From assembly GCA_002104945.1 (NCBI GenBank), contig MCFH01000019.1, forward strand, positions 124,001-188,000: DNA of 64,000 nt, in the 5' to 3' direction. The stretch comes from Piromyces finnis finn. Taxonomy: Eukaryota; Fungi; Neocallimastigomycota. Numbering within the stretch: position 1 is the stretch's first letter; every line of letters begins with the position of its first letter. A model generated the notes under the pieces. That model was not told where the DNA came from. It did no database searches and worked only from the letters and a program-made list of their open reading frames with translations. Of this stretch, positions 53,632-64,000 are shown piece after piece. The position numbers were made by a program, and so were the translations under genes.

Positions 53632-56139
53632 AATAGTTTTATTTATTATTTAAATTTTATTTTATTTTTATATACTTATTATTCAAATACATTGTATTTT
53701 TATAAGTATTTATTTATATTTATTTATACTAAATATTATATATATTTTTATTAAAGTTTTTTTATTGAACTAAAATAAAAATACATATAGACAAACTTTG
53801 AATTATAGAGTAAAAAAAATAAAACTGTAATTTTATTGTTTTATCAGTAATTTTTCAAATTTTTGAATATTTAGTTACTAATTAGTAAAAATAATGATTA
53901 AAGTGTTTATAATTCTATTATAGTTGTAGGTTAGAGTATTATTATACAAATCAATAAATATTTAATAATTATAAATATTTTTCATTAATTTAGTCTTCAT
54001 AGAATTTAATCTTTAATTTATTATCAATTATTATTTCATAGATTTAATCTTTTTGTTCATTCCTTTTTTCTTATCTTCTTTTTCTTCATTAATACTTAAA
54101 ATATCTATTTTCAGCTATTTAGAGTAGTATTGCTTCATTATCTTTCTGAAAGATTCTATAAGTATTTTGAAATTTAATTTACATTTATATTTTTTCTTCT
54201 TTGGCTAGGTAGTTTGGATAGAACATCTAAGAGAATTCCATAATAACTTTATTGAACTGATTTATTCAACAATTATTTTATATTTAATAATTAATATAAT
54301 ATATAATAATACTAGAATACTAGAATATTTTTATTATATTAATAATGTAGAAGTAGAAAAGTTTTTTTTATTTAACTAGACAGCTTTAATTATTTAGTTA
54401 TATAGAAAGAAGAAAAGTATAATAATTAAATATTTGCTGCATCTGTCTAAATAAGTAATTAAAAAAGAATTTTATATATAAATCATAATAAGTAGCATGA
54501 AAAATTGCTGTGCATGTCTAATACTAGACATGTTTTTTGCTTTTTTTTTAGAAAATTTTGTACTTTTTTCTTTTCATCATAAAAATGATGAAGATAAAAA
54601 CTGATGTTTAAAAAAATTTTTAATTCACTTTTCTTCTTTTTATACTATTTTTTTGTTATATATATGTAATATATAAATATCAAGATATTCATAATAACCT
54701 ATAATTTAAATAAACTTACAGCTTATTATCAAATTAAACTACTTAATAAAATTATCATTAGCCACTTTTAATATCTTTTATAATTAATTTTATTATTTTT
54801 ATTATTTTTAATGTTTTTAGTGTTTTATTACTTTTAATATTTATTATTGAGAAAGATAATTCATCGTATTCTTTTTATCATTTCATTAATAAACTTTTTA
54901 AAATTTAAAAAACCAAATTTAATAATATTTTGTGGTTAATTAACAATTTTACAAATTAAAAATGTGGTAAAACTAAAAATTTTAAATTTTTATTAATTTA
55001 TAAAATTTTTCATTAATCATTAAAAAGCGCATCCACAAGTAAAATCCTCAAAAAATTTAATATTTTAACATTCACCACATTTTGTAATTCATATTATTTT
55101 TATTTTTTGTAAAATATAAACTTTCCTTCTGCCAAACTATTTTTATTATTAATATAAAAAAAGTATAAAAAGAAGAAAAATGAATTAAAAAATTTTTTTT
55201 AAACATCAGTTTTTATCTTCATCATTTTTATGATGAAAAGAAAAAAATACAAAATTTTCTAAAAAAAAAAAGCAAAAAACATGTCTAGTATTAGACATGC
55301 ACAGCAATTTTTCATGCTGCTTATTATGATTTATATATAAAATACTTTTTTAACTACTTATTTAGACAGATGCAGCAAATATTTAATTATTATACTTTTC
55401 TTCTTTCTATATAACTAAATAATTAAAGCTGTCTAGTTAAATAAAAAAACTTTTCTACTTCTACATTATTAATATAATAAAAATATTCTAGTATTCTAGT
55501 ATTATTATATATTATATTAATTATTAAATATAAAATAATTGTTGAATAAATCAGTTCAATAAAGTTATTATGGTATTCTCATAGATGTTCTATCCTAGAT
55601 ACCTAGCCAAAGAAGAAAAAATATAAATGTAAATTAAATTTCAAAATACTTATAGAATCTTTCAGAAAGATAATGAACCAATACTACTCTAAATAGCTGA
55701 AAATAGATATTTTAAGTATTAATGAAGAAAAAGAAGATAAGAAAAAAGGAATAAACAAAAAGATTAAATCTATGAAATAATAATTGATAATAAATTAAAG
55801 ATTAAATTTTCTATGAAGACTAAATTAATGAAAAATATTTATAATTATTAAATATTTATTAATTTGTATAATAATGCTATGTATTCATAATATTTTTTAT
55901 TTATTAGTAAAGTAGTAAACGTTATATTACTAATAAAATAAATGAAATTAAAATTCTAATTTATTTTTATTCCATAATTCAAAGTTTGTCTATATGTATT
56001 TTTATTTTAGTTCAATAAAATAACTTTAATAAAAATATATATAATAATTCAGTATAAATAAATATTTATAAAAATATAATGTATTTAAATAATAAGTATA
56101 TGAAAATAAAATAAAATTTAAATAATAAATAAAACTATT
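53632..56139. mobile_element. Foldback element copy F (core +), uninterrupted twin of copy C
   Basis: Same termini as copy C; 2508 bp. Confidence 0.87.
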
Positions 56140-56145
56140 TTAAAC

Positions 56146-56177
<32 letters not shown>

Positions 56178-56929
56178 AAATAATATTTTAATTTATTTGA
56201 GTTTATTAATGTGTATATAATTGTAATTACTTGTCCTAAAAATATTACTCTAAAAAATAACTAGTATTAAGATATTTTAAAAATGCGATTTAATATTTGA
56301 ATGAAATATAAAATATAAAAAATATTTAAATAAAATAGTTTAAGATTCTATAAAGAATTTACAAATTTCAACATTTTTTTTTATTAAAAACAAATTACGA
56401 TATTAATACCATCACGTAATTATAGCTCTAAAATGTAATTAGAAAATTAAAAGTATTAAAAATATCATTAAAAGAGATAACATAGGTGCATTTTTACTAG
56501 TTATATATATGTAATATTAAACCTTTGAAACTCATCGAGTTTTAAGAAAAAAGTATAATTAAATTCTAATATTGTATAAGTTTTGAATATTAAAAACAGG
56601 CGGATATTATATCCGATATTTTTTATAAAAATTTAATAATATTCAAATTTAAAATGAAATAATTAATTTAAAGAATATTATATTATTAAATAGAGTTTAT
56701 TATTAATTTAATATAATTTCAAATTTAAATATAATAAGGTTTTTATTTAATAACTATATTAATATAAAATTAATTAAAATTAACTAAAATTATTTATTAT
56801 ATAAAATTTTAGTATTGTGTAATATATTATGTTTAAAATAAATTAATATATTTTAAAAAAATTTTTTAATATAAATTTCATATCAATATCTGTTCATTAA
56901 AAAAAAGAAAAATTATTAGAAATTGAATT

Positions 56930-57085
56930 TAATCAAAAGAAATTCAAAAGTAGATTCTGCCACTGCTACTAAAAGAATGGAGCCTCTTCATCAGATGAAG
57001 AATATGATTCTAAAGAAAAAATCATTGATGTTAACGAACCAATTTCTACTGATTAATGATGATGAAAGTGATTTTGAAAAAAAGT
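56930..57085 (+). pseudogene. Relic of the 3' end of a CotH paralogue
   Basis: GATGTTAACGAACCAATTTCTACTGAT(T)AATGATGATGAAAGTGATTTTGAA matches 60518-60568 of the intact CotH gene. AAAGAAATTCAA..TCTGCCACTGCTA matches the region near 60328-60357. Confidence 0.75.
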
Positions 57086-57919
57086 CAATTTTAAAATTTA
57101 TCATAAATAAATATTTTATTATCGAACTATATACGATATCAATTCATATTTTAATTATTTTTAAAAAAAAGTAATTATAAAATAATATTAAAAAATATTC
57201 TAAAAATACTTTTAATTATAAATCTTTTAATTTTTGGTAAAAATCCGCTAAAATTAATTAGAGGTTTAAAAAAAAATTAAATAAAATTTATCTATATTAC
57301 TGTGTTATTTCAAGTATTCTTTTTCTTCTTGATATGTTCTAAAGATATGAACTAATTGATGATAATATTAACTAAATCTGGTAAGGAAAATGAAAGTTAA
57401 GAATACAGTCTAAAATATAAAGGATAAATTATAAATTTTATACTTTTTAGGTTTATATTTTTAATTATCGAGAAAGTCTTTTAAGAGTTTTATACAGTAA
57501 CAATAGTATAGTATATAAAACTTATCCAACTATTATTAATAGTTAAACCTATCTATTATATATTTGATTAATATTAGCAAGCGTTGGGATTACATATAAC
57601 AAATTTCTTTTGAGCCATTTAATAAAGAAAATTAATTTAAATTTAAATAAAATATTGGTACTTGGATTATTTATTGTTGCGCTACTGCTGTTATTTTCAA
57701 ATGATTTTTTCAAAATAAATATTGTAAAAAAAAAACTATTTGTTTATTTCTCTTGCTTAAATTTTAATTAAAATTATCTTCATAATTATCTTTAAATTGG
57801 AAAAATGGAAACTTCATTCTAATAAATATTTTTATTTATCAATGTATATCCATACTTTTTTTGTCATGGATAAATTATTTAATAAAAAAATTTGATAAAT
57901 GAATTTTATGGATTTAAAA

Positions 57920-58012
57920 TACATATAACCATGTATATAATAATGCATATAACATTGTATATAACTATGTATAAAATAGTGTATATAATCTTGTATATAA
58001 CCATGTATATAA
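57920..58012. repeat. 12-bp tandem repeat (TATATAACCATG-like, about 8 units)
   Basis: Direct reading; immediately precedes the third CGG-N9-CCG palindrome. Confidence 0.8.
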
Positions 58013-58898
58013 AAATAAGCGGATATTATATCCGATGTATTTTTAAAGTAAACATATCAAATCTTAAAGATGTAAAAGTTTTAAAGTATTACAACATCAA
58101 TTTTTGAGTTATATTATATTATTAAATAGAGTTAATTATTAATTTAATATAATTTCAAATTTAAATATAATAAGGTTTTTATTTAATAACTATATTAATA
58201 TAAAATTAATTAAAATTAACTAAAATTATTTATTATATAAAATTTTAGTATTGTGTAATATATTATGTTTAAAATAAATTAATATATTTTAAAATACTTT
58301 AATACAACTCTGGCTTTGTGGGATGACTTATATACTGATATATGTTTCTTTTGTGTTGTAATAACTAAATATTAGTTTATTTATGATTTATTATATTAGG
58401 TGAATATATTTTTATTATTATAATTAATTCTTCTTTCTAATAATTACACTTCTTTAATTAATTATAAACAAAAACCTCTTCTAATTATTAATTATTTTTA
58501 CATGAATATCTTTATATTATAAAATTCCTATAATATAATTGAATATCGATTATATAATGTAATTTATTCATAATATATGAATAATAATTAAATAGAATAT
58601 AATATAATATATTTTACAATACATACTTAATATTATAGGATTGTAAAAAATATCTCATTTTATATCATTTTTTAATATAAATTTAAACCAATATATTTAA
58701 TATATTTGTTTATTAAAAGGTAAATGGAATATGCGGAAATTCAATGAAAAAAATTTAAAGATAATTTTAAATTTATTATTAAATAAAGTTTATATTATAT
58801 ATGGTAAAATATAAAAAAAAAAAAGTATTTAAAAATGCTTGAAAAAAATCAAAATTTTAATATAAAAAAAAAGTAAAGAAAATTTGAATATTTTATAT

Positions 58899-58930
<32 letters not shown>

Positions 58931-59012
58931 AAAAATAAAATAAAATAGAAAAAAAAAGTTCAAGTAATTACTTTAAAAAACTATTTAAGAAAGATAAAAT
59001 AAGTCTTTAAAA

Positions 59013-60617
59013 ATGAAGGGTTTATTTAAAATCTCTACTTTATTATTAGCTTTAGGTTCAAGAGCATTTGGAAATTTCATTGAAAATCTTGGAAGAGATT
59101 TTGAAATCTTTGATAATACAGTTATAAACATTGATGTTAAATTCCCAGAAGATAAATATGAAGAATTAATGAAAGCTGTCCAAATTAATGCTGACAGTAC
59201 AGAAGTTGAAAATGTTCAATCTCTTACCGATTATGAAATTAAAAATGCCACTATTACTTTTACCTATGGAGACAAAACTGAAGTTTTTGAAAACTCCATC
59301 TTTAAAACTGGTGGAATGTTCTCAAGATCTAACCAAAAGGTTGGTTATAACCTTAAGCTTAGCCGTGACTTTTTAGGAAGAAAAAGTTATAAGGTTAGAG
59401 CTGAATTCAATGATTACACTCGTATGCGTCAAAAGCTTTCTTATGATATTTTAAATAGAAGTGGTGAACCATCTGTTCAAGCTGCTTTCTCTAAGCTTAC
59501 TATCAATGATAAATTCTTTGGATTCTACACATTTACTGATGTTTTTAAACCACACATGCTTAAAACTCTTTTCAACCTTGAAAGCACTAAAAATATGATT
59601 CTTTATCAAAACAAAGTTGAAGGTTTCTTTTTCAATGAACCAGCCGCTCCATTCTTTGTCGATTCCACTGCCAATGATGAAGAAGAAGGTGACTTTGAAG
59701 AATTAGAAAAAATCAATAAAATTATATCAGAATCAAAATCCATTGAAGATCTTGAACCATACATTGATGTCGATAACTTCTTAAGACATTTAGCTTTTGA
59801 TTGGTTATTCGGCTCTTTTGATTCTCTTATTATTACTGGTCACAACTTCTATTTATACAAAAGACCAAGTGACAACAAATGGCAAATATTCTATTATGAC
59901 TTTGATTTTACTTTTGGTCATGGTGTTGAAGAAAGTTTTGGAGTAACATCTATTGATTTTTCATACTTCCCATTCGAGTTTTACAATGCCAATAGTAATG
60001 TTCTTGTTAACTCTTTAGTAATGAATGACAATACTCGTTTCAAAAAGATTTTAAAAGAAATTTTAATTAATTGTTTCAATCCAACTATCTTAAATAAGAG
60101 AATTGATGAAATCAAAGCATTCATTGATCCATACATTAAGGAAGATTATACTCCAATTGATGGAGCTTTACCAGGTAGAGTTAATCTTGTTGGTAAGAAA
60201 GAAACTGCAACTTATGAATTATTCCAAGCCAGTACTGAAAGACACATTGATGACTACCATGCTGGTTTAAAGCCATTCATTGAATCTATATTTAATGTTG
60301 CTTGTGAAGAATTCGGATTAGATCCAAAAGAAATTCAAGAAGCTTCTGCTACTGCTAAACCAATTTCTTTCTTCCAAAAAATGAAAGGTTTACCATCAGA
60401 AGATTTAACTGATAATGAAGAAGAAGAAGAATGTGATTCTGAAGAAGAAATCGTTGATGTTAACGAACCATCTAATGTTGATGATGAAGAAGAATGTGAT
60501 TCTGAAGAAGAAATCGTTGATGTTAACGAACCAATTTCTACTGATAATGATGATGAAAGTGATTTTGAAGAAGAAGAAGAAGTCAATTATAAAAATTATC
60601 ACAAAAATCATTATTAA
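59013..60617 (+). CDS. cotH: Secreted CotH-family atypical protein kinase with an acidic repeat tail (534 aa)
   Basis: Signal peptide; FKTGGMFSR, KVRAEFNDYTRMRQKLSYDIL, DWLFGSFDS..HNFYLY and WQIFYYDFDFTFG; tail repeats EEEECDSEEEIVDVNEP x2. Intronless. Confidence 0.9.
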   Translation: MKGLFKISTLLLALGSRAFGNFIENLGRDFEIFDNTVINIDVKFPEDKYEELMKAVQINADSTEVENVQSLTDYEIKNATITFTYGDKTEVFENSIFKTGGMFSRSNQKVGYNLKLSRDFLGRKSYKVRAEFNDYTRMRQKLSYDILNRSGEPSVQAAFSKLTINDKFFGFYTFTDVFKPHMLKTLFNLESTKNMILYQNKVEGFFFNEPAAPFFVDSTANDEEEGDFEELEKINKIISESKSIEDLEPYIDVDNFLRHLAFDWLFGSFDSLIITGHNFYLYKRPSDNKWQIFYYDFDFTFGHGVEESFGVTSIDFSYFPFEFYNANSNVLVNSLVMNDNTRFKKILKEILINCFNPTILNKRIDEIKAFIDPYIKEDYTPIDGALPGRVNLVGKKETATYELFQASTERHIDDYHAGLKPFIESIFNVACEEFGLDPKEIQEASATAKPISFFQKMKGLPSEDLTDNEEEEECDSEEEIVDVNEPSNVDDEEECDSEEEIVDVNEPISTDNDDESDFEEEEEVNYKNYHKNHY

Positions 60618-61479
60618 ATTAAATAATATTTGAACTAGTAATTACTTAAATTATAAATAATACCTATTTCTAATGAAAATAGAAATTATATAAAAATTTA
60701 AATCTACATAACGATATTACGAATAGAATTATATTTTGAGAATATAACGTTTCTTATTATCCTGATAATATTTTCTTTTTTTTTTATTAACTTTATCAAA
60801 TAAAATACATAAGTAAATAATTATAACTATTATAATTAGTAATTAAAAGAAAGAAAAAAAGAAATGAAATTAAAAGAAAAAAAAATAGTATAATATAATT
60901 ATTATTATTAAATAAAGTAATAAAAAAATTATATTATTAATAACACTTTTTAAACTTTTATTAATTTATTATATATATATATGTTACAATTATCTAATTG
61001 ATATTTAAAATAAATAATTAAAATTATAACAATATATAAAATAATTAAAATAAAAAAACAATTATACCAAAAGTATGAATTTATAGTTTATATTATTAAT
61101 TTCATCATAATTTTTTAATACTACTACATTATTATTTTAGGACTTCTTACATTATTATTAAATAATACTTCTAATCATTGTATTATAATTGAATTTCTTA
61201 AATTTCATTATACTTTTTGGTCTTTGTCTATTAAAATTCAATAATATCTTCATTCAAATGTATTTTTATTATAAATAAATATGCTTTATTATTAAAATAT
61301 AATAATACTGAATGAATAATATTTAAAAAAAAAATAAATAATAATTATACTTTTTATGTCTATGAATCTATAATATTCGTAATATCTTATATAATAAAAT
61401 TTTAATTGTGCATTATTTAATTAATTATAAAAAGTATATATAATATCTGTTAAATAAAAAAAAATTTTCATTTTGTAAA

Positions 61480-62700
61480 TAACGAATTTAAATTTTGTGG
61501 TTAATAAAAATTAGTGAGGTGGTAGAGTTAAAATTTTAAATTTAAATTTTAAATTGTAATATTATTTTATAGTAAAAATTAAAACAAAAAGAGAAATTAT
61601 CTACGAAAGGGTGGTAAATGTTATAAATGTAATATTATCAAGGTCAAGTAATTTAATTATTATTAAATAAATAAAATTTTTTTAAGATAATTTAAAATTT
61701 TATTAAAATAAAAAAAAAAGTATAAAAGAAAAAAAAAAGAATCAAATAAATTTAAAAAATCATGTTATCCATGAAAAGAAAGAAATATAAAAAGAATTTA
61801 ACAAAAAACAAAAAAACAAAAAAAGATAATTCAAATGAATTTATTTCATAATTATCATTTTATATAGTATTGTTATAGCTTTATAATATTTTAATATTCA
61901 TTCAAATATTATAATATTATATCGTTATAATGATTTTAAACTTATCAACAACGAGAACCCACACGTCTAGTATTAGACATGCACTGCAATCACTTTATCT
62001 CTTTTACTTTTTGTTAGCTAACTTGGATAACTTTTAATGTAGACAGATGCAGCAAATGCAGCAAATGCATGCAAATGCAAGCAAATGCAGCCAGCTAATA
62101 ATTTAGCTAAATATGAAAAAAAAAGCTGTCTAGTTTTTATGCAAAACAACATGTCTAGTATTAGACATGTACAGCAATCTTTCTTGCAACTCTATTTTAT
62201 AAATTAATAATATGATAATAATAATACAATAATAATAATACAATAATAATAATGAATATATTTCTACAATATATAGACAGATGCAGCAAATAATTAATCA
62301 CTATGAATGCTCTATTTTATATATATATTATTATATATAAATTATTATATATAAATTATTTATTTAAAGCTGTCTAGTTTTGTTTAAATATATAATCAAT
62401 TAATCATTGATAACAATATAATGAAATTGTAATATTTGTTAAAATTTATAAATATTTAATAATTTGCCCTTCTAATATTCAGTAACTCGAACTCTAAGAA
62501 ATTCTTTTCTAATCTAGTCAAAAAAAGAAGAAAAAATAAATCTGAATTCCTATATGGCAAATGGCTCATTAAAATAATCTCAAAAGCATACTCTCATGGA
62601 TATACTAAAGATATACAATCAAAGATTTATGAATATGACTTTAAAACTACCTTAAAATAAAAAGTACATCGGCAAGATAAATCATGAAATGGACAACGCC
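61480..62700 (+). repeat. Distant half-copy of the foldback family (core + one arm) with a duplicated motif triad
   Basis: TTTTGTGGTTAAT (61492), two M1-M2-M3 triads (61964-62133 and 62150-62380), and CTAGTCAAAAAAAGAAGAAAAAATAAA (cf. CTAGCCAAAGAAGAAAAAATATAAA in the arms), all in the same order as in the foldback right half. Confidence 0.7.
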
Positions 62701-63475
62701 TTAACTAAACAATTAAAAAATGTTTATTATTATATAATTATATAATTATAATAATACTATTATTACATTGTATGTTATTGAATTTTCTAATTTTATTAAT
62801 TTTACTGAATTTTTACATTTAATTCATATAATCTAATAAATGGAAATAGTCGATCGACCTAGTTAATTTCTATTTTAATAATTAAATATGAATTGATTTA
62901 AAAATATATTCATATTTTTGTTTCTATATCACAATCTCACTTGGATGTTTATAAGTATTTTTAATTAACTTGGAAAAAGTACTAATTAAAATATTTATAA
63001 CAAAAAACAATGTAATTGAATAATTAAAAAAATGAATATCAATAAAAATATACAAATTTAAAAAAAATCATTAGAATATTAGTAATATTTTTTTATTTAT
63101 AAATAAATTGAATACTTCTTTTGTTTTGTGTGTGTGTAGGTGTGGTGTGTATTAATATTTTATATTTTAATTTTTATTTTTGTTGTTATTTAAAATATTT
63201 TATAATTATAATATTTCATTTATATATAGAAATAATTTTTTAATAATATTTATATAACAAAAAAAAATAGTTTAAAATACTTTCTTAAAGTTATTTATAT
63301 TCGTTATTGTTATTATTATTGATGTTATTATTGATATTATTATTATTTCCATTTTTTTTCTTTCTACTTTTTCCTTTCATTTTTTAATTATTAGAAAATA
63401 AAGGTATAATCTTGCTTTTATACCAATATTCACTTATGAATCTATAGGTATTTTAAATTGACTTGAAAAAAAGTA

Positions 63476-63812
63476 CCCTCTTGGGAACGTGCCTTCATTT
63501 ATTTAATAAATGTAGTTTCTCAAGGGGGTCTACTCATGCTCATGGTACTGAGAGAGTAGAAAGAATTAAATCCAAGTATTGCGCAATGGATGCTTGGTGC
63601 CCTCTTAGGAACGTGCCTTCATTTATTTAATAATGGAGTTTATCAAGGGGGTCTACTCATGCTCATGGTACTGAGAGAGTAGAAAGAATTAAATCTAAGC
63701 ATTGCGCAATGGATGCTTGGTTAGTCTTTAAGGGAAAATTATTAGGACTAAGCTCATGGTACTGAGCGATTAAAAAACATTTTATTCATCGAATTAAGTA
63801 TTTGATGAATAA
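63476..63812. repeat. Two ~122-bp GC-richer tandem units plus a partial third, each forming several hairpins
   Basis: Units at 63476-63597 and 63600-63720; conserved GCTCA-TGGTAC-TGAG(C) again at 63752-63767. Confidence 0.85.
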
Positions 63813-64000
63813 GTTGAATGTTTGATATTCAGGTAAGTTTGTATAGTATTTAATTAGAAGAGTAATACATTTTGTTGCTGTATTTTTTCTTTTATTCATG
63901 TATTCATGTAGTACTACTCTTCTCTTGTAAGAATCCAATGTAGTCAACTTTAGCATTTGCATTGTATTTTTATATTCATGTAGCTATTGTTGTATTGTTT

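Larger units (their letters stand above)
51740..56630 (+). repeat. Segmental duplication of about 23040-32740 without the copia insertion
   Basis: Near-identical collinear sequence (end of foldback, LINE relic, 7-bp minisatellite, whole foldback, 0.5 kb flank), ending just after the CGG-N9-CCG palindrome. A single AAAAT at 55935-55939 is the empty copia site. Confidence 0.9.

Noticed and set aside
20856-58740. Scattered GCGGA(A/T)(A/T)T motifs (e.g. near 20856, 35595, 36529, 58733)
   Set aside because: They stand out in AT-rich DNA, but enrichment cannot be established without a background count.
61960-62385. Repeat-spacer-like pattern suggesting a CRISPR array
   Set aside because: Three different alternating motifs, spacers of 66-112 nt, eukaryotic context and no cas genes.
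63575-63592. ATTGCGCAATGG resembling a 16S rRNA segment
   Set aside because: A 12-nt palindromic match only; the flanks are not rRNA-like.

Overview
Extremely AT-rich, intron-containing eukaryotic DNA. The gene content (CBM1-PL3 pectate lyase, CotH kinase, CBM18 protein, multi-exon LRR proteins, Cys-rich single-pass membrane proteins) best fits an anaerobic gut fungus (Neocallimastigomycota); this is an inference. Three layers are present. (1) Sparse host genes. (2) A tightly packed, intronless, virus-like block at 43.6-48.9 kb: a 572-aa ORFan, a secreted chitin-binding repeat protein, a divergent uracil-DNA glycosylase and a divergent RNA polymerase largest-subunit gene. It adjoins a ~9 kb inverted-repeat-bounded segment of decayed ORFs at 34.6-43.5 kb. 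(3) Six copies of a non-coding ~2.5 kb foldback element with ~1 kb inverted arms and a ~0.5 kb core found in both orientations. It carries iterated TAGACA-N4-CAGCAA sites and small hairpins, and a distant half-copy at 61.5-62.7 kb keeps only these motifs. Also present: an intact, young Ty1/copia element with an unusual PBS matching the tRNA-Lys(CUU) anticodon arm, nested in one foldback arm; a segmental duplication that preserves its empty site; two LINE 3' relics; and a hairpin-rich tandem repeat at 63.5 kb. All alignments were done by eye, so identities are approximate and no database searches were run.
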